From Octopus vulgaris (lineage: Eukaryota): a stretch of DNA of 64,000 bases. Location of the stretch: positions 85,622,001-85,686,000 of the forward strand of contig OX597815.1 in assembly GCA_951406725.2 (NCBI GenBank), in the 5' to 3' direction. Shown here piece after piece: positions 40,797-55,139 of this stretch (its first letter is position 1; each line of letters begins with the position of its first letter). Both the position numbers and the translations under genes were made by a program. The notes beneath the pieces are model-generated. The model searched no databases, was not told where the DNA came from, and saw nothing but the letters and a program-made list of their open reading frames with translations.

Positions 40797-42638
40797 TCAG
40801 TAGTTTTATTTTTATAGCGTGCTTTCACTTCACTACCGAGCGCAGCTCTGTGTGCCTTGGGTATGTGCTGTGATTTGTTGTGATGCTCTGATGGTTATTG
40901 TATGGAAAGTGTTCTGCGTAGGATGTGTGCAGTGCCTAGTAGTGCAATTTTCTGTATGTGATATGTGTTTGTAAGTCCTGGTGTTTTTGTTATGTATTTG
41001 TCTGAATATTTTTTTATCATGCCTAATGCACCTATTATGATAGGAATTGTTTCTGTTTTTAGATTCCACATTCTAGTTACCTCTATTTCCAGGTCTTTGT
41101 ATTTTGAAAGTTTCTCCATTTCTTTTAGAGACACGTTGTCATCCGCTGGTATTGATACATCAATTAGAAAACATTTTTTTCTTCATGATCTCTGACAACT
41201 ATATCTGGTCTGTTGGCCTTAATTTCTCTATCTGTGTGTATTGGCATATCCCAGAGTATGGTTGCTTTCTCGTTTTCTGTGACCTTTTCTGGTGTGTGCC
41301 TATACCATCTTTTTTCTGTTGTTATTTCATAATGTTGGCATAGTTTCCAGTGTATATAGGTCCCAACTCTGTCGTGTCTGTGAATATATTCCTTCTTAGC
41401 CAGGACTGGGCAGCCAGAGATAATATAATTTATTGTTTCTTGTCCATCTCCACATATTCTGCAGTTACTTGTTATATTTCTTTTCATTACATGTTTTTGG
41501 TAATTTCTGGTGGGGAGGCTTTGGTATTGTGCTGCACTTAAAAATCCCTCTGTCTCTGCTTTGTGTTCTGAGCTTCTCAACCATTGCTGGGATTTTTCTT
41601 TGTCTATTTCTTTTGCATTTAGTTTAGTCCAGTATTTGCCATGAAGGGGCTTTTCTTGCCATCGTTTTATCATGGTTCGTTGCTGTTCTATTTTTAGTTT
41701 GGATTTCATTTGCTTTATAGCTTTAGTTGCTTCTTCTTCTTCTTCTTCTTCTTCTTCTTCTTCTTCTTCTTCTTCTTCTTCTTCTTCTTCTTCTTCTTCT
41801 TCTTCTTCTTCTTCTTCTTCTTCTTCTTCTTCATATTTGCTAGGTGGTATGATTTCTTGTTTGTATTTGTCAGCTTCCTTAAATACTGAGAACAGTTTTT
41901 TGTTTTGCTCGTGTTTTGCCGCTATTTGTATCAGCTTTCCTTCCCTCTGAAGTAGATATTTTTGCAGTCCTAATGTGGTTATTTTATAGTAGGTTTCCAG
42001 CTGTATAAGGCCTCTACCACCTTCTATACGTTGCATATATAGCCTTTCTATGTCAGATTTTGGGTGATGCATCCTAGATCCTGTCATTATTTTTCTTGTT
42101 TTGCTATCTATTTTGGTCAGTTCATAGTGTCCAGTTTAGGATATTGTAGCTGTAACTTATAACTGGGACGGCTAAAGTGTTCATACCTATTATCTTGTTT
42201 TTAGCATTGAGCTCTGTTTTCGTCTATAATATTCTTTTTTTATTTTCTCTTTCATTTGTGTGTGTGTTGTGTCTTATCTAGTTCATGGATTCCTAAGTAT
42301 TTGTAAGTTTGGCTTTGGTTTAATTCTTTTATTTCATTGGTTTTATCTAGAGTGATGTTGCTACTCTTAACTAGTTTTCCTCTTTTCAGGGTTACTTTGG
42401 CGCATTTCTCTAATCCAATTTTCATATCTATTTCTTTGGTAAATCCATGAACTGTCTTTAGTAGTGTTTCCAGCTGTTTGTCATTTGCAGCGTATAGTTT
42501 TACGTCATCCATATATAAAAGGTGGCTGATCGTTTTGCCGTAACATTTATATCCGCATCCAGTTCTGTTTAGCATATCCGATAGAGGTGACAGTGCCAAC
42601 CAGAAAAGGAGTGGAGAGAGCGTATCTCCCTGGAATAT
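40797..42638 (-). mobile_element. 5'-truncated young R4/Dong-type LINE (RT to RLE)
   Basis: IFQGDTLSPLLF, LLYMDDVKLY, YKYLGI, RIEGGRGL, CCHC knuckle, RPD; a few frameshifts; (TAA)n on both sides. Confidence 0.92.
41164..42087 (-). CDS. R4/Dong ORF fragment with in-frame poly-Glu expansion
   Basis: 307-aa ORF in the track with a (GAA)n run; frameshifts into 40895-41134. Confidence 0.75.
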   Translation of the reverse strand: MTGSRMHHPKSDIERLYMQRIEGGRGLIQLETYYKITTLGLQKYLLQREGKLIQIAAKHEQNKKLFSVFKEADKYKQEIIPPSKYEEEEEEEEEEEEEEEEEEEEEEEEEEEEEEEEEEATKAIKQMKSKLKIEQQRTMIKRWQEKPLHGKYWTKLNAKEIDKEKSQQWLRSSEHKAETEGFLSAAQYQSLPTRNYQKHVMKRNITSNCRICGDGQETINYIISGCPVLAKKEYIHRHDRVGTYIHWKLCQHYEITTEKRWYRHTPEKVTENEKATILWDMPIHTDREIKANRPDIVVRDHEEKNVF

Positions 42639-42640
42639 TA

Positions 42641-42711
<71 letters not shown>

Positions 42712-42751
42712 GTTATTGTTGTTGTTGTTGTTGTTGTTTTTGTTATTGTTA

Positions 42752-42875
<124 letters not shown>

Positions 42876-42876
42876 T

Positions 42877-43431
42877 GAGTGAGAGAGCAATTCATGCCAT
42901 CAAAGTGACACTGGGGTAAAATATACGAAGCCCAATATACCCATCATGACTACCCGTCTGATAAGGGTACACCAGGCATATGCATCACAACCATATGTGC
43001 GCGACATGGTGATCTCATATCAAGATAAACAGCACATGACCTTGCAGGTAGGGCCCAGTTAGAATTTTCTTCAGGTTGAGTAGCCCATCCCGCTCAAAAG
43101 GTCCCTGAATAAGGGTTGTTTAAGGATGTTGAAAGAACCACCCATGTTTCCAGAGGTGAATTATTCAAACACCAAAGAATCCCTCTGAACACATGGCTAT
43201 GATGCTCCCCCACTACTTCTGCTCGTGATCAGAGATGCACATATCATCAGCCACTAAGGGACATGCTCAACTGGTTAAGGTCAAACAACTGACGAGCAAA
43301 TCTGTGGTATTGAGCAGAATATTTGCTGTAGCCCATCTTTTATACCAAGACAAAACAACGTACGTGATAACACTTGTAATCAGTTAAGATCAGAAGCCAT
43401 GAGAGCCACTGCCTGGTACTGCATCAGGGCA
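42877..43431 (+). mobile_element. 555-bp (ATT)n-associated non-coding retroelement (best-preserved copy)
   Basis: GAGTGAGAGAGC...GGTACTGCATCAGGGCA between (ATT)n tracts; four copies in the window. Confidence 0.85.
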
Positions 43432-43467
43432 TTATTATTATTATTTTTATTATTATTATTATTTTAT

Positions 43468-43569
<102 letters not shown>

Positions 43570-43572
43570 CAT

Positions 43573-43649
<77 letters not shown>

Positions 43650-43665
43650 TTACTACTACTACTAC

Positions 43666-43698
<33 letters not shown>

Positions 43699-43699
43699 C

Positions 43700-43967
43700 T
43701 CAAATTTTTCCACAGCTTGGAGTAAGTGGAGATGAGTCGATTACATTGACTCCAGTGTTCAACTAGTATTTATTGACCCTGAAAGAATGAAAGGCGAAGT
43801 CGACATCGGCGGAGTTTGAACTCAAAACTTAGCGACGACAAAATACCTATTTCTTTACTACCCACAAGGGGCTAAACACAGAGAGGACAAACAAGGAAAG
43901 ACAAACAGATTAAGTTGATTATATCGACCCCATTGTGTAACTGGTACTTATTTAATCGACCCCGAAA
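43700..43967 (-). mobile_element. OK-like SINE tandem fragment
   Basis: Reverse complement of the ~1210-1490 region (GAAAGGCGAAGTCGAC, CCCACAAGGGGCTAAACACAGAG). Confidence 0.75.
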
Positions 43968-46370
43968 TAAGGATATATATATATATATATATATACGTAC
44001 ACCTTATTCTCTTATATATATATATATTATGACTTACTTAAAAGAGGAAGAGTGGTTCTCGTAACGTTGCTTCCAGCAGAGTGGGTCTCTCTGAAGGAAT
44101 ATAAGGACCAGGTGTTGTAGGCCAAGCAACCCTACGATTAATGACATTTCAGCTGTGACCATCCAATATATTTTCTATGTGCTAAGAATACAGGATCACA
44201 TTATCCAGCTTGTCCCTTTTAAGACGAGGCTGTGTGGTTTGAGGGTGATTTGGTTGTTATTTCTAGAAGATTGAATAACTTTGTAAAATCCTTGTTGGTT
44301 CAGTTATGAGCAGATGCAGCTTACAGCTATAAGGAGCTACAAATTTAAGTACATGGAAAGAGTTTCTTTTGCTTGCAGCCTTAGTCCATATCTTTCTTTA
44401 GGTATAATTTAGTGAGAAGTATGGAAGCTATCCAAATTAAGATCTTCGAAATACACTAACACGAAAACTGTCTTCAAGTCATTTCTAAATGAATTATATC
44501 TCATACATAATTTGTAACGACAACAAAAGGAGCTGTATTTAATACCACTCAATTTGTTCCAATAATAGAGTTTTATTTAATCTGAATGTGTGAAATACAT
44601 TGAACAAAATTTGATTTATTTTTGTTTAGGACTCACGTACTATATATCATTACGAAAAAAAATTGTAGTCCTGTCAAAATTTTTTTTTTAGGTGATGATA
44701 GAAAGAACCTTTGCCAAACAAGATAATAACAGTGATGTTCATTTTTAGATTATAAATGATTATAGCTTATGATTTCTGTTCCCCACAATGATTTTATTTC
44801 AGATAACTTATATGGATTCCTTTCAGATAATATATAGATAAAATGAGTTACTCTAAAGCTAGTTTATGCGAAAATACGTATATGAAATATTTCTTTATAA
44901 GATATTTTTATTATTTTCTTTCTTTCCTTATTTCCATTTTTTCTAACTCATTATTGACCTCCCTTACACTGGCCATTTTCCTCTTTTCCTCTCTTTCCTT
45001 CTTTATCTCTTACAACTCATTCCTGTTGCCCCAAACTATCTTATCCTTTTATCGACTATTTTATCATATCTCATCATTCTCCAATGAAAAACTGTCTCAC
45101 GGCATACAAAGTTGTTATTTCTCTCACTCTATCAAGTTTTGCTGATTCAGATCTCCCTCTCCTAGTCACTAGTGACTATATTCGATTGTTAATGATAGTC
45201 TGATGGACAAGATTAGCTACTGAATTTCAAAATCGATCAAACAATAGAATTGCGCGGCAGAGCAGACAACTCAGTAGAGGAGATCTTTGTTGCACTTTTC
45301 TTAGCATTTTACTTCTTAAATGTTTTTCTTCAATGAGAAGCCTTTCACAAATTCCTTTTAAATAGATATCTTAAAGAAATAATATCTTTCAAACACTGGG
45401 GTATAGTGATATTTAGGCTTATCACACAGGCACTAAATGCAGCAACGAATGTGATAAATGGCCTGAGCCATATTCTTTGCACTAAGGTTTATGTTGAATA
45501 CATTGAATACATTGAATTTATATCATGATAGTTACAGTATAAAATGTGTAAATCAATGTTTCATGAATGTTAAATGCCCGTTTCAATTTTTATGTATCGA
45601 TATTTACCATGTTTCTCATTTTAATTTCATAATTACTAAGGTAGCCAGTGAATATGATGGAAAATTTGGGTATATATGTATGTGTGTGTGCATGCATGCG
45701 CGTATGTGGATGCGTATGTGTCTATGCTCGTATGTATGTATGTAAGTAAGTAAGCATGTATGCACGTATGTATGTATGTATGTATGTATGTATGTATGTA
45801 TGTATGTATGTATACATGTATGTATGTATGTATGCATGTATGTATGTATGTATGTATGAATGTATGTATTTGCATACTCTACGTTCTGCAAATGTTAGAT
45901 GTATGATCTATTAAATAAATAATGACAGCAAATTTGAAAATTTGAAAATTTGATCAGAAATACAGTATATATGGGTCATAATACAATCTTTGTGATATTG
46001 ATTTGATAAATAGTTTGAGGGGCTGATGAAAAGCTACTGTACGTTCATGTTAATTGGTTTGAGAGACATAGTAATGTTGCTGACTAGATACTGAAGATGA
46101 GAGACGCACACAAAAGAACTATTAATATTAGGAAGGCAGATAAAATCTGTTCGTATATATTGCGAAGATAATCGGTAAATTTTGTCAGAGTAGTCGCAGC
46201 TCACATAGAAAATATTTTTTGTATAATGCATTTGTAGGACCAACTAATAGACAAAATCAAACCTGTTCAATAGAATGGTCTTCTGAAAACGTTGACGTAT
46301 TGCATTTTTTCGAGTATATATATATTTAAAAAATGGGTTTTGCCAACAAATACTGACATTAGTCACAATA

Positions 46371-46550
46371 TACGATGTTGTGTTGAAAAGTTCTTGGCTT
46401 TAAGGGTTTTGCAAACGGCCTGGTTGGAGACTCACACTTTCGAATTCTTTTACATGGCTTAGAAAAACTGAAAGACCACTGCAATATGTGTGTGAATCTG
46501 AGAAGGGAATATGTTGAATAAAATCATAATTAACTGATCCTTCTGTATAA
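46371..46550 (+). mobile_element. mariner-derived non-autonomous fragment
   Basis: TACGA..TGAAAAGTTC TIR-like start and a tail reading CVNLRREYVE*, like the mariner C-terminal GxY(V/F)E motif. Confidence 0.55.
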
Positions 46551-46819
46551 ATCCACCCCATTAAAAAAATATACAATTGCCTTCTTCAGCTAACTCATTT
46601 TTACTGAATCATGCAATTGGTTTCTTTCCACATAACATTCAGGTTAACTTGATAACATGTTGAATAAGATACTTCAGAATTGCGTGTAAAATTTTGAAGA
46701 ACACTGAATAACATACATATTACAAATGGGCGTGTTTGTATGGTCAAATTTATATCATACAGAAAAATCAGTGGATAGACTATAACTGGCCAAAAAGAAA
46801 TAATTTTTCTTTTATATTT

Positions 46820-47576
46820 AGGTGCGATAATAAATTATCAGTTGGGTGCCAAGTCTGATATCAGCAACAACATTTTATAGCTGTTTGTCTCGTCACATTT
46901 ACTATGACAGAGAAAGTTGAGCAGAGAATCTGCATCAAATTTTGCCAAAAGCTTTGTGATACCTGTGCAGAGGCCTACTCAAATTTGCAGGAAGTGTATG
47001 AAGGGTAGTGTATGAGCAGAAAAAATGTCGACAGTGACGAACTTCCTAGAAGACCCGCAACCAGTAGAACTGAGAAAAACATCGCAGATGCGCGTGTGGC
47101 TGTGAGGGGAAATCATCGAATCACCATCCGTGAGTTAGCTGATGTACAAATTAGTAACGATTCAGCTCAGTCCATTATCAATGAAGATTTGGGTATGAGG
47201 TGCGTATCTGCCAAGTTTGTGCCAAAACTGCTTTCAGCCAACAACTCATTGTTCAGTAGTTTTGGCTAAGCACGGCATCCCCCAGGCCCGACAGCCACCG
47301 TATTCCTCGGATCTCGCTCATTGCGACTTTTTCCTCTTTCCAAATTTCAAATCCCGCTTGAAAGGAAGATTTCAGGACGTCGAGAAAATACGACGAGGTA
47401 ACTGCTGATTATCCCAGAAAACGAGTTCCAGCAATGCTTACATTAATGGAAACAACGCTGGATTCTGTGTGTGGCTTCCGAAGGGGACTACTTTGAAGGA
47501 GATTAAATGCTAAATTGGTATGTGTTGTAGTTTTGTTTTTATAGCACCAGTCCAGATACATATTGATCAAACCTCG
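46820..47576 (+). mobile_element. decayed, internally deleted mariner (DD34D) transposon
   Basis: KVEQRICIKFCQKL, RPATSRT, RITIREL, VSAKFVPKLL, PPYSSDLAHCDFFLFP, EGDYFEGD; 3' end ...TTGATCAAACCTCG|TA. Confidence 0.88.
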
Positions 47577-47667
47577 TATACTAGCATAATGTGAGTGCGT
47601 GTGTGTGCCTGCGCCCGCGCGTGCGTGTGTGTGTGAATATATATATATATATATATATATATACATT

Positions 47668-47740
<73 letters not shown>

Positions 47741-48027
47741 GTACATGCCAATGTTACGACCACAATGGGAAGAGCACGTTTCCATAAAGATCCTTGTATT
47801 TTACTCTTTCCCTGTAGGTTTGAAGGCAATCAGATTATTTTTATATGTAATTACATTATTTGATATCATGTTTGCAGGTTATCGTTAACATGACAGATAT
47901 AGCACACATCAAATATTCTAATCATTTGTATATGATTGGATATCTCGCTATGAAAAAAATCAGTCAATATTAACACTACTGAATACGCCACTTCATATTA
48001 ACGACGTCATATTTGCGTCGTATATGC

Positions 48028-48063
<36 letters not shown>

Positions 48064-48299
48064 GTGTGTGCGCATGTGTGAATATAGGGATGTATATATT
48101 TATAATTTATATGTATATGGATATTATGATATATATTTGTGTGAGAATATGAGCATTATTCATAAGTATATTATATGCTTGTATATACATAAATGTATAT
48201 ACATATATGCATGTACATACATATATGCATGTGTGTGCGTCTGTGTATGTATGTATCCTATATGACTAAGAAGTCAGCTCGTGACGTCAGCCTCCGAAG

Positions 48300-48339
48300 A
48301 TTTCCTGAAAAAGGACTACTAATCCCGAAATATTGAAAT
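48300..48339 (+). ncRNA. core-damaged minimal hammerhead ribozyme
   Basis: atttc CTGAAAA a gga ctactaa tcc c GAAA ta TT gaaat. Stems are intact but G8 is A. Confidence 0.6.
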
Positions 48340-48479
48340 ACAAGGTAAAAGTAGAAAACATCAACTTGCACTATTTCTAATAACTTACTTTGTTAAATCT
48401 TTAACACACTCGCACGAATATAAAATATCTAATACACGCACATATACACACACACAGACAAACACACACACGAATGATA

Positions 48480-50420
48480 AAACTGAACGTTTCATTCCTA
48501 AAATACCGAGAATTATTTTAAAGGATCACAAGGGAAGTTTTTGTAGTAATCCGAAAATTAGACTGGTTTGCCTAGGAAAATATGATCTGGGTAAACTTAG
48601 TAAAGCTATTTTAGATAAATATATACTAGTTCTTGAAGAAAAGATTGTTGCAACTCTTGTATAATACCTATGCGGTATAAAGATTAGTTTAATGGCATTA
48701 AATATACAAGTAGGAATAAATTCATGCTAGTAGATATTGATAGCTATTACTCTTCAATTAACCAAATAATTTTAAATAAGGTCCTTTTATTCGCGAAAAG
48801 TAACTCGAATATAAATATGAATGAAATTAATGTCATTTTAGCCGCCAGAAGAACTATTGTAGAGTTTGAAAACAAGTAGAGATGGCTTTCATATAGCCAT
48901 GGACTCAGCGGATTCTGCCGAAGTTACTGCGGGAGGTTTATATAGGGAAGATGCCATCTTTACCATTAGGAGCCTATCTAATAGGAAATTGGAAATATAT
49001 AAAAAGTTTTACAGAGTTTAAAAAAGAGTTTTGGATTCTCTAAAACGATAGAAAATAAACATGAATTTGTTAACTTCCTAGATATTTATCTCAATCTTAT
49101 TACTGGCAACTATGAGCCGTACCATAAGCCCAACTCCAATCTTACGTATATAAATGTCGAGAGTAATCATCCCAGTTGTGTAAAATTGTTTTTGGTTTAT
49201 AATATCTAAAAGAATTTCCAATCTATCGTCTAATAAGGATATTTTTGATAAAACTGCTGAATTTTATAATGTGGCTTTCAGCCAAGCTGTGTATAAACAA
49301 AAATTGAAGTATCATCCTAAAAATATGAACATCGGTATCGCTAACAACATGAATATTTCTCATGTTAGTAAAGATTTTTATCAAACTGCCAGGTATAGGA
49401 ATAAGGATAGGGTAAGTAAGGTTAAATGTCCAAGCGAGAAAAAACAATATACAAAATATAACTAATGTATTACTACGTTCTTCTAATCATCCTCATACGA
49501 TTAGGAATATAAATAATAGAGTAAAAAAATGCACCCCTTATATATATATAGGAAGGTTAAAAAATTTGAAAATTATAATGCATCTCCTGATAAGAACAAC
49601 AATATTTGGCTTATAGTTCCATTCACTAACCAAATTAAGACTATACAAACTTTTTTCTAAGCATTTTACAAAGGAAAATAGATATTATGATACTATTAAC
49701 CCTATACTTCTTAAAGTTGCGTTTTCTGTATCAAATAACTTGTCGGGTGTTATTGTTTCAATTAACGGAAAAAAATTATTTAGTTTTTATAATAATTATA
49801 ACAGTAGTAAATGCATCAAAGGTAATGCTTTTAGAATAAATGTTAGTAAGAAACATGTATGAGTTGTGTAGTGTACAAGGGGAAACAACCCAAATTATAT
49901 CCCATCTCAACCTCTTGAGTATAGGTAATGTAGTAAATAGCAATATACTAGAGGTAATGATATGAAACAGAATAATAATACGAGTATTAATGAAAATATA
50001 TTTTGTGATTGCAAGGTTAGAAGTAAATATTTATTTAAAAATTATTGTAAACAAAATGTTGTTTATAGATATAAAGTAAAATCTGAAAGTAAGAATTTAT
50101 TTTACGTAGGGGCATCGCAAAATTTTATCAAGAGATCAATATCTATCCATATTTACACCTTTAACAATAGGAACAAGTCTTCTAATACCAACGTCTGTAA
50201 ATTTATTTGGGACCCTAAAGACAAGAAAGAAGTTTTTCTGTAGAGTGGTAAATCATAAGCAAGCCTACTACTTATAATATTGGAACTTATTTCTGTTTTT
50301 CTCTGTCTTGAAGAATTGCACCAAATCCTATTTTACAGACGGTGCCTCTGAAATACGAGGATTGAGACAGGTTTTTCATGTGTTCACGCATGTAAATGGT
50401 CTCTCAACTACCATTAGACA
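48480..50420 (+). mobile_element. decayed Naiad-type Penelope-like element (RT + GIY-YIG)
   Basis: DIDSYYSSI, GLYREDA, VNFLDIYLNLITGNYEPYHKPNSNLTYINVESNHP, CDCK..NVVYRYKV..FYVGAS..H..TF..KFIW, LCLEE, NTRIE..SCVH. Many stops. Confidence 0.75.
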
Positions 50421-51683
50421 TTTAATTATCATAAATAAACCAATTATATGTTAAAGCTACTAGTACTTTGAATCGGTCGGTATTTCATATTTACATTTCA
50501 TGTAAAGAATTAAAAAAATTCTTAGTAGATATCATATAAATTTTAAATATTATATTAACTATTAATATTAAAATCTTAATACTTCATCTTATATACAGGG
50601 AAGGGAACTGATTTTTCATGTATTCATATATGTTAATTATCATTATAACTAATTAATTATATGTTAAAACTACTTGAATCTGTTAATATTCCACGTTTTA
50701 TTACACTAGCATCTGTAAATATAAGCAATAAAGGATGCTTAGTAGATAAATATAATATTGATATAAAAATATTAAATGGTAAAGGTGTATATTAAGTTTC
50801 CTAAACAGGTGACAATATCATTGTGGCTTGCTATAAAATTCAATTAAGCAGGGTTTTCATGAACATGTAGTTGATATTTTACAATATAATTTATTAAACT
50901 TACTTAGAGGTAAACGTAGTGATATATAATGATTGTAGCTTTGGTCAATTTTATTTTTCTTATATAATTTTTTTATCAACTGTATTATGTAACGTTTAAG
51001 TTTTCCTTTGTTTGCATAGTCGTAATGAACATAACTATTGCGCACAAATATGGATAACGCGATACTATAATGCGATAAATAATTAGCAGTTTTTGATACG
51101 TCATATTCTTTGTTGGCTTCCATATTTTAACAAACGCACGCGCAATTACATGACAAATGTTAATGGTCTCTCCCCCCTCTCTCTCTCAACCCATCTCTCT
51201 CTCAACCCATCTCTCTCTCTCTCTTTCGATCTCTCTAACACCTAGTTCACCCTAACTGCAACACCACCACCAATAACAATTAATATGTAAACAAACGTAC
51301 GGACACCACTATATCATACATATTTCATACATATACATAAAATATATTTGTTTACAAGTATGTATATTTATACTCATGAGTTTTTTTTTAATAACCTATC
51401 CTTACCAAAATGTACACATCTTAGTCTGTCAAGGGTCGACCAACACATTGGAATGCAACTCCTTTCTGGAAATCCTGCCCTAATGAAATACCCAATTAAC
51501 CAGTTCCAATACGAAAAATTTTAAATTAATTTAACTTAATTTCTCTATTTGAATTAAATGGATATGTAAACGGCTGTAGAGATAAAAATTTCATATTATA
51601 TTGATTTGAATATCTTTGAATAAACTGATGTCTACACATCAATTTCTATTTTCTTCTTTTTCTCATTCATAAATATGTGTGTG

Positions 51684-51736
<53 letters not shown>

Positions 51737-51738
<2 letters not shown>

Positions 51739-52005
51739 CATCATCATCATCATCATCATCATCATCGTTTAGCGTCCGTTTTCCATGCTAGCATGGGTTG
51801 GACGGTTCTACTGTGGTCTGTGAAGCCAGAAGTCTTCATCAGGCCCAGTCAAATCTGGCAGTGTTTCTACGGCTGGATGCCCTTCCTAACGCCAACCACT
51901 CCGAGAGTGTAGTGGGTGCTTTTTACGTGCCACCCGCACAGGTGCCAGACAGAGCTGGCAAACGGCCACGAACGGATGGTGCTTTTTATGTGCCACCGGC
52001 ACGGT
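51737..52005 (-). mobile_element. 3' fragment of an RTE-tailed SINE or LINE
   Basis: (CAT)n then CGTTTAGCGTCCGTTTTCCATGCTAGCATGGGTTGGACGG and GGCTGGATGCCCTTCCTAACGCCAACC. Confidence 0.65.
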
Positions 52006-52014
52006 ATATGTATA

Positions 52015-52227
<213 letters not shown>

Positions 52228-52543
52228 TAATGTATTTTTGCATTGCTGCAATTGAACAAGGACTAGTATATTCCTTCTGCATTATCAATAAGTATTTGCA
52301 TAACTAATTAAATAATTAATTAATTAAATAAGTAATTGCTTTGTCAAAATTCGTTTGCCACATTTGACCTTATCATTGAGAGCATTTCCACTCGTTTTAT
52401 GCAGACTATCACATTTCTTCTTGTTTGCTCTTTGTTGTGTATCTTATGGTGAAATTAGCTTCACTATTTATATTTACAATTCTTTGTATATGTATGAAAT
52501 TTAAATTGGTTCATGGTAGTAGTGTTTGATTGTGTGATAATGA

Positions 52544-52582
<39 letters not shown>

Positions 52583-52763
52583 GTGTGTGTGTGTGTGTGT
52601 GAGTGTGTGTGTGTGTGTGTGTATGTGTGTATGTGTGAAGGAGGTATGCTTTGTTAAACTTGCACTGAACTGTTGAACTTTAGATTTCAAACTTCAATTC
52701 GCCCACTCATATATTCGAATGTATCATTACAGTCTTTTCGTTTTGTTTGAATAGTGTGACTGC

Positions 52764-52799
<36 letters not shown>

Positions 52800-53081
52800 T
52801 TGTGTGCGTGTGTGTGTGTGTGTGTTTATGTGTGTGTGTGTGTGTGCGTGTGTGTGTGTGTGGGTGGGGTGTCAGTAAGTACATGCGTGTGTGTAGTGAT
52901 TGTGCAGTGTCGGATCATCTAACACATGTATATTGAAAACTGAAGACTTTACTATTCGTTTCACGTTTCCAATCTTCGAACGGTAGTAAAGGATAGAAGA
53001 AGGATATCAAATAAATGTATTTTTACGTAGGAAAAATGGAAGAATAATTACATAAAAAAAAACAATAAATATTGACTACGG

Positions 53082-53820
53082 GGTGACAACGCTAAGCAGT
53101 AAGTTGTATGAATACAAACTTATTAACAGTTCAAATATGCATGAGGCATATTCAAACCCGTAAGAAAACCATTTATTTTATTTTGTCATAGAGAACATTC
53201 CTTGCTGTAGACAAATACGTGTAAATACACCGAGTAAGCTCACAGCGCCTCATCATAAGACTGTCGGATGCATTCATTTCAGAGTGGTTAACGCCTCTTC
53301 ATCAACAGAGGCCAGAAAAGCAGACGTTGCGAACTAACATGACATACATGTCCCTCTTAGTATATTCCCGTCATCGTTCAATGACTGGTTGCGCTATTCA
53401 CCGGGTTGTCGTAAATAGAATATAGAGTGACAGCGCTAAGCAGTGAAGTTTATAAGTACAAGCCTGTTACCAGTTCAAATCTTCTTGAATCATATTCGAA
53501 CAATTCACTGTATTTTGACAATGAAAATTCCTCGCTGTAGACAAGTATAAATACACTGAGTCAGCTCACACATCATAAGAAGGAACCTGTCTCTCGTGTC
53601 AGTTCACTACGTCTGCCATTCTGGTCTCTGTTACTAAAGAGAAGATAATCATTCCAAAACGCATGCATTCATCAGTCTGGTTAGAGGATACTGTGAGCAG
53701 TCTCGCTCTATTTACATCTATTTGTCTACAGCGAGAAATTTTCGCCATGACAAAATATAGTGGATGGCTCTCTTGCGGGTTCGAATATGTCTCAAACATA
53801 TTTGAACTGGTAACGAATCT
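53082..53820. repeat. three diverged copies of an unclassified repeat (two direct, one inverted)
   Basis: GTGACA(A/G)CGCTAAGCAGT..CAGTTCAAAT..GCTGTAGACAA at ~53082 and ~53427; reverse-complement copy at ~53596-53820. Confidence 0.7.
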
Positions 53821-55057
53821 TTATCAATAATACAGAATGCGATTTTAGTAGCACTTACACTGGTAATTTTAATCGTGATCGGGGAGGGGGAAATGAACCA
53901 GGTGAAAGTAATGAGTGCATACATTTATTCTGCTTTGCAAGGCTTGAGTTTAGTAAAGTATAAATGAATCATGCAAAATAAAATATCCTTAACACATTCA
54001 TGAGAAAAGGAAAACTCTCGGCGTTGGGATTATACATGCAAAATAATCAATATTATTTGTATAGAAACATTTCTCCGAATTGGTCCAAGGCTGTATTAAT
54101 CATATCGTACATCTGTTGCAAACATCCAGACACATATAGACACATTCTTGCGCATGCATATATGTGCGTGTGTGCGTATGTGAGTGTGCATATGTGTAGT
54201 AAATGTACTGTGTCAAAGATTCGAACTCAATTACTTTTATATATATTTTTCTTCCTTAACCACTGCAGTACACATTGCTAAGACGTAAACAGCAAACAAA
54301 AACGTTGCGAAGCAAAGCAAACAGTTAAGACACAAAATAACCACATTACGTAACGATTATTACGAAATAACAAAAGTAATCTGCCCAATCATATTATAAC
54401 ATAACTTGGGTTATATGATTGGATATCTCTGTTGCTAGGCGTTTCATGTGTCAATAAAACTTGAAAATGCGTCTTATCATGACGTCACTAACGAAGTTGT
54501 GAATGTAAACAAAAAGATGTGTTTGTAACAATTAGAGATTTTTAGCCAAAGCACTTATTTTACTTCCGTTTGTGTTTGCCAGAAAAGAAAAATTTCATAA
54601 CACATATGCCATAAGCAACAAGTAAATACCATAAGCAACAAGTAAACGAATTCCGCAAATCAAATACTCCAATCCTAATGTTAAAAAGGTACGATACATC
54701 ATAGTAACGAAGAAAACAAATATACAATATCCGTGAAATTTTCTCTAATTGATAGCTTCCATTAATTCACAAAATCTTTTAACATGTATGAAGATTCATT
54801 TGGAAAATATTAACGTTCTGTTGGCTATTCACCTCACAATATCGAAGAATGTGAAGGCATTTACTATTTATAGAAGTTAACTTGAAGCTTTTTCTGTCTT
54901 CTGAGAAAAGGCATTTTTGTAAACTAAATTTTAACGTAATAGAGTGTTCTGATTTTAACGTTATAGAATACTGTATTTAGAAATTCGAGTTATTCACCTA
55001 TAATACAGTAGTAAGAATATACATTCTCACCGTCACATGAACAGTGTCACCCATGTA

Positions 55058-55099
<42 letters not shown>

Positions 55100-55139
55100 A
55101 CATATATATACATACATGTAAAACTCACATATATATCTT

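Noticed and set aside
51478-51530. CTAATGA...GAAA aatt tt as the 3' hammerhead of the Naiad-type element
   Set aside because: G5 is missing and stems I and II do not pair.
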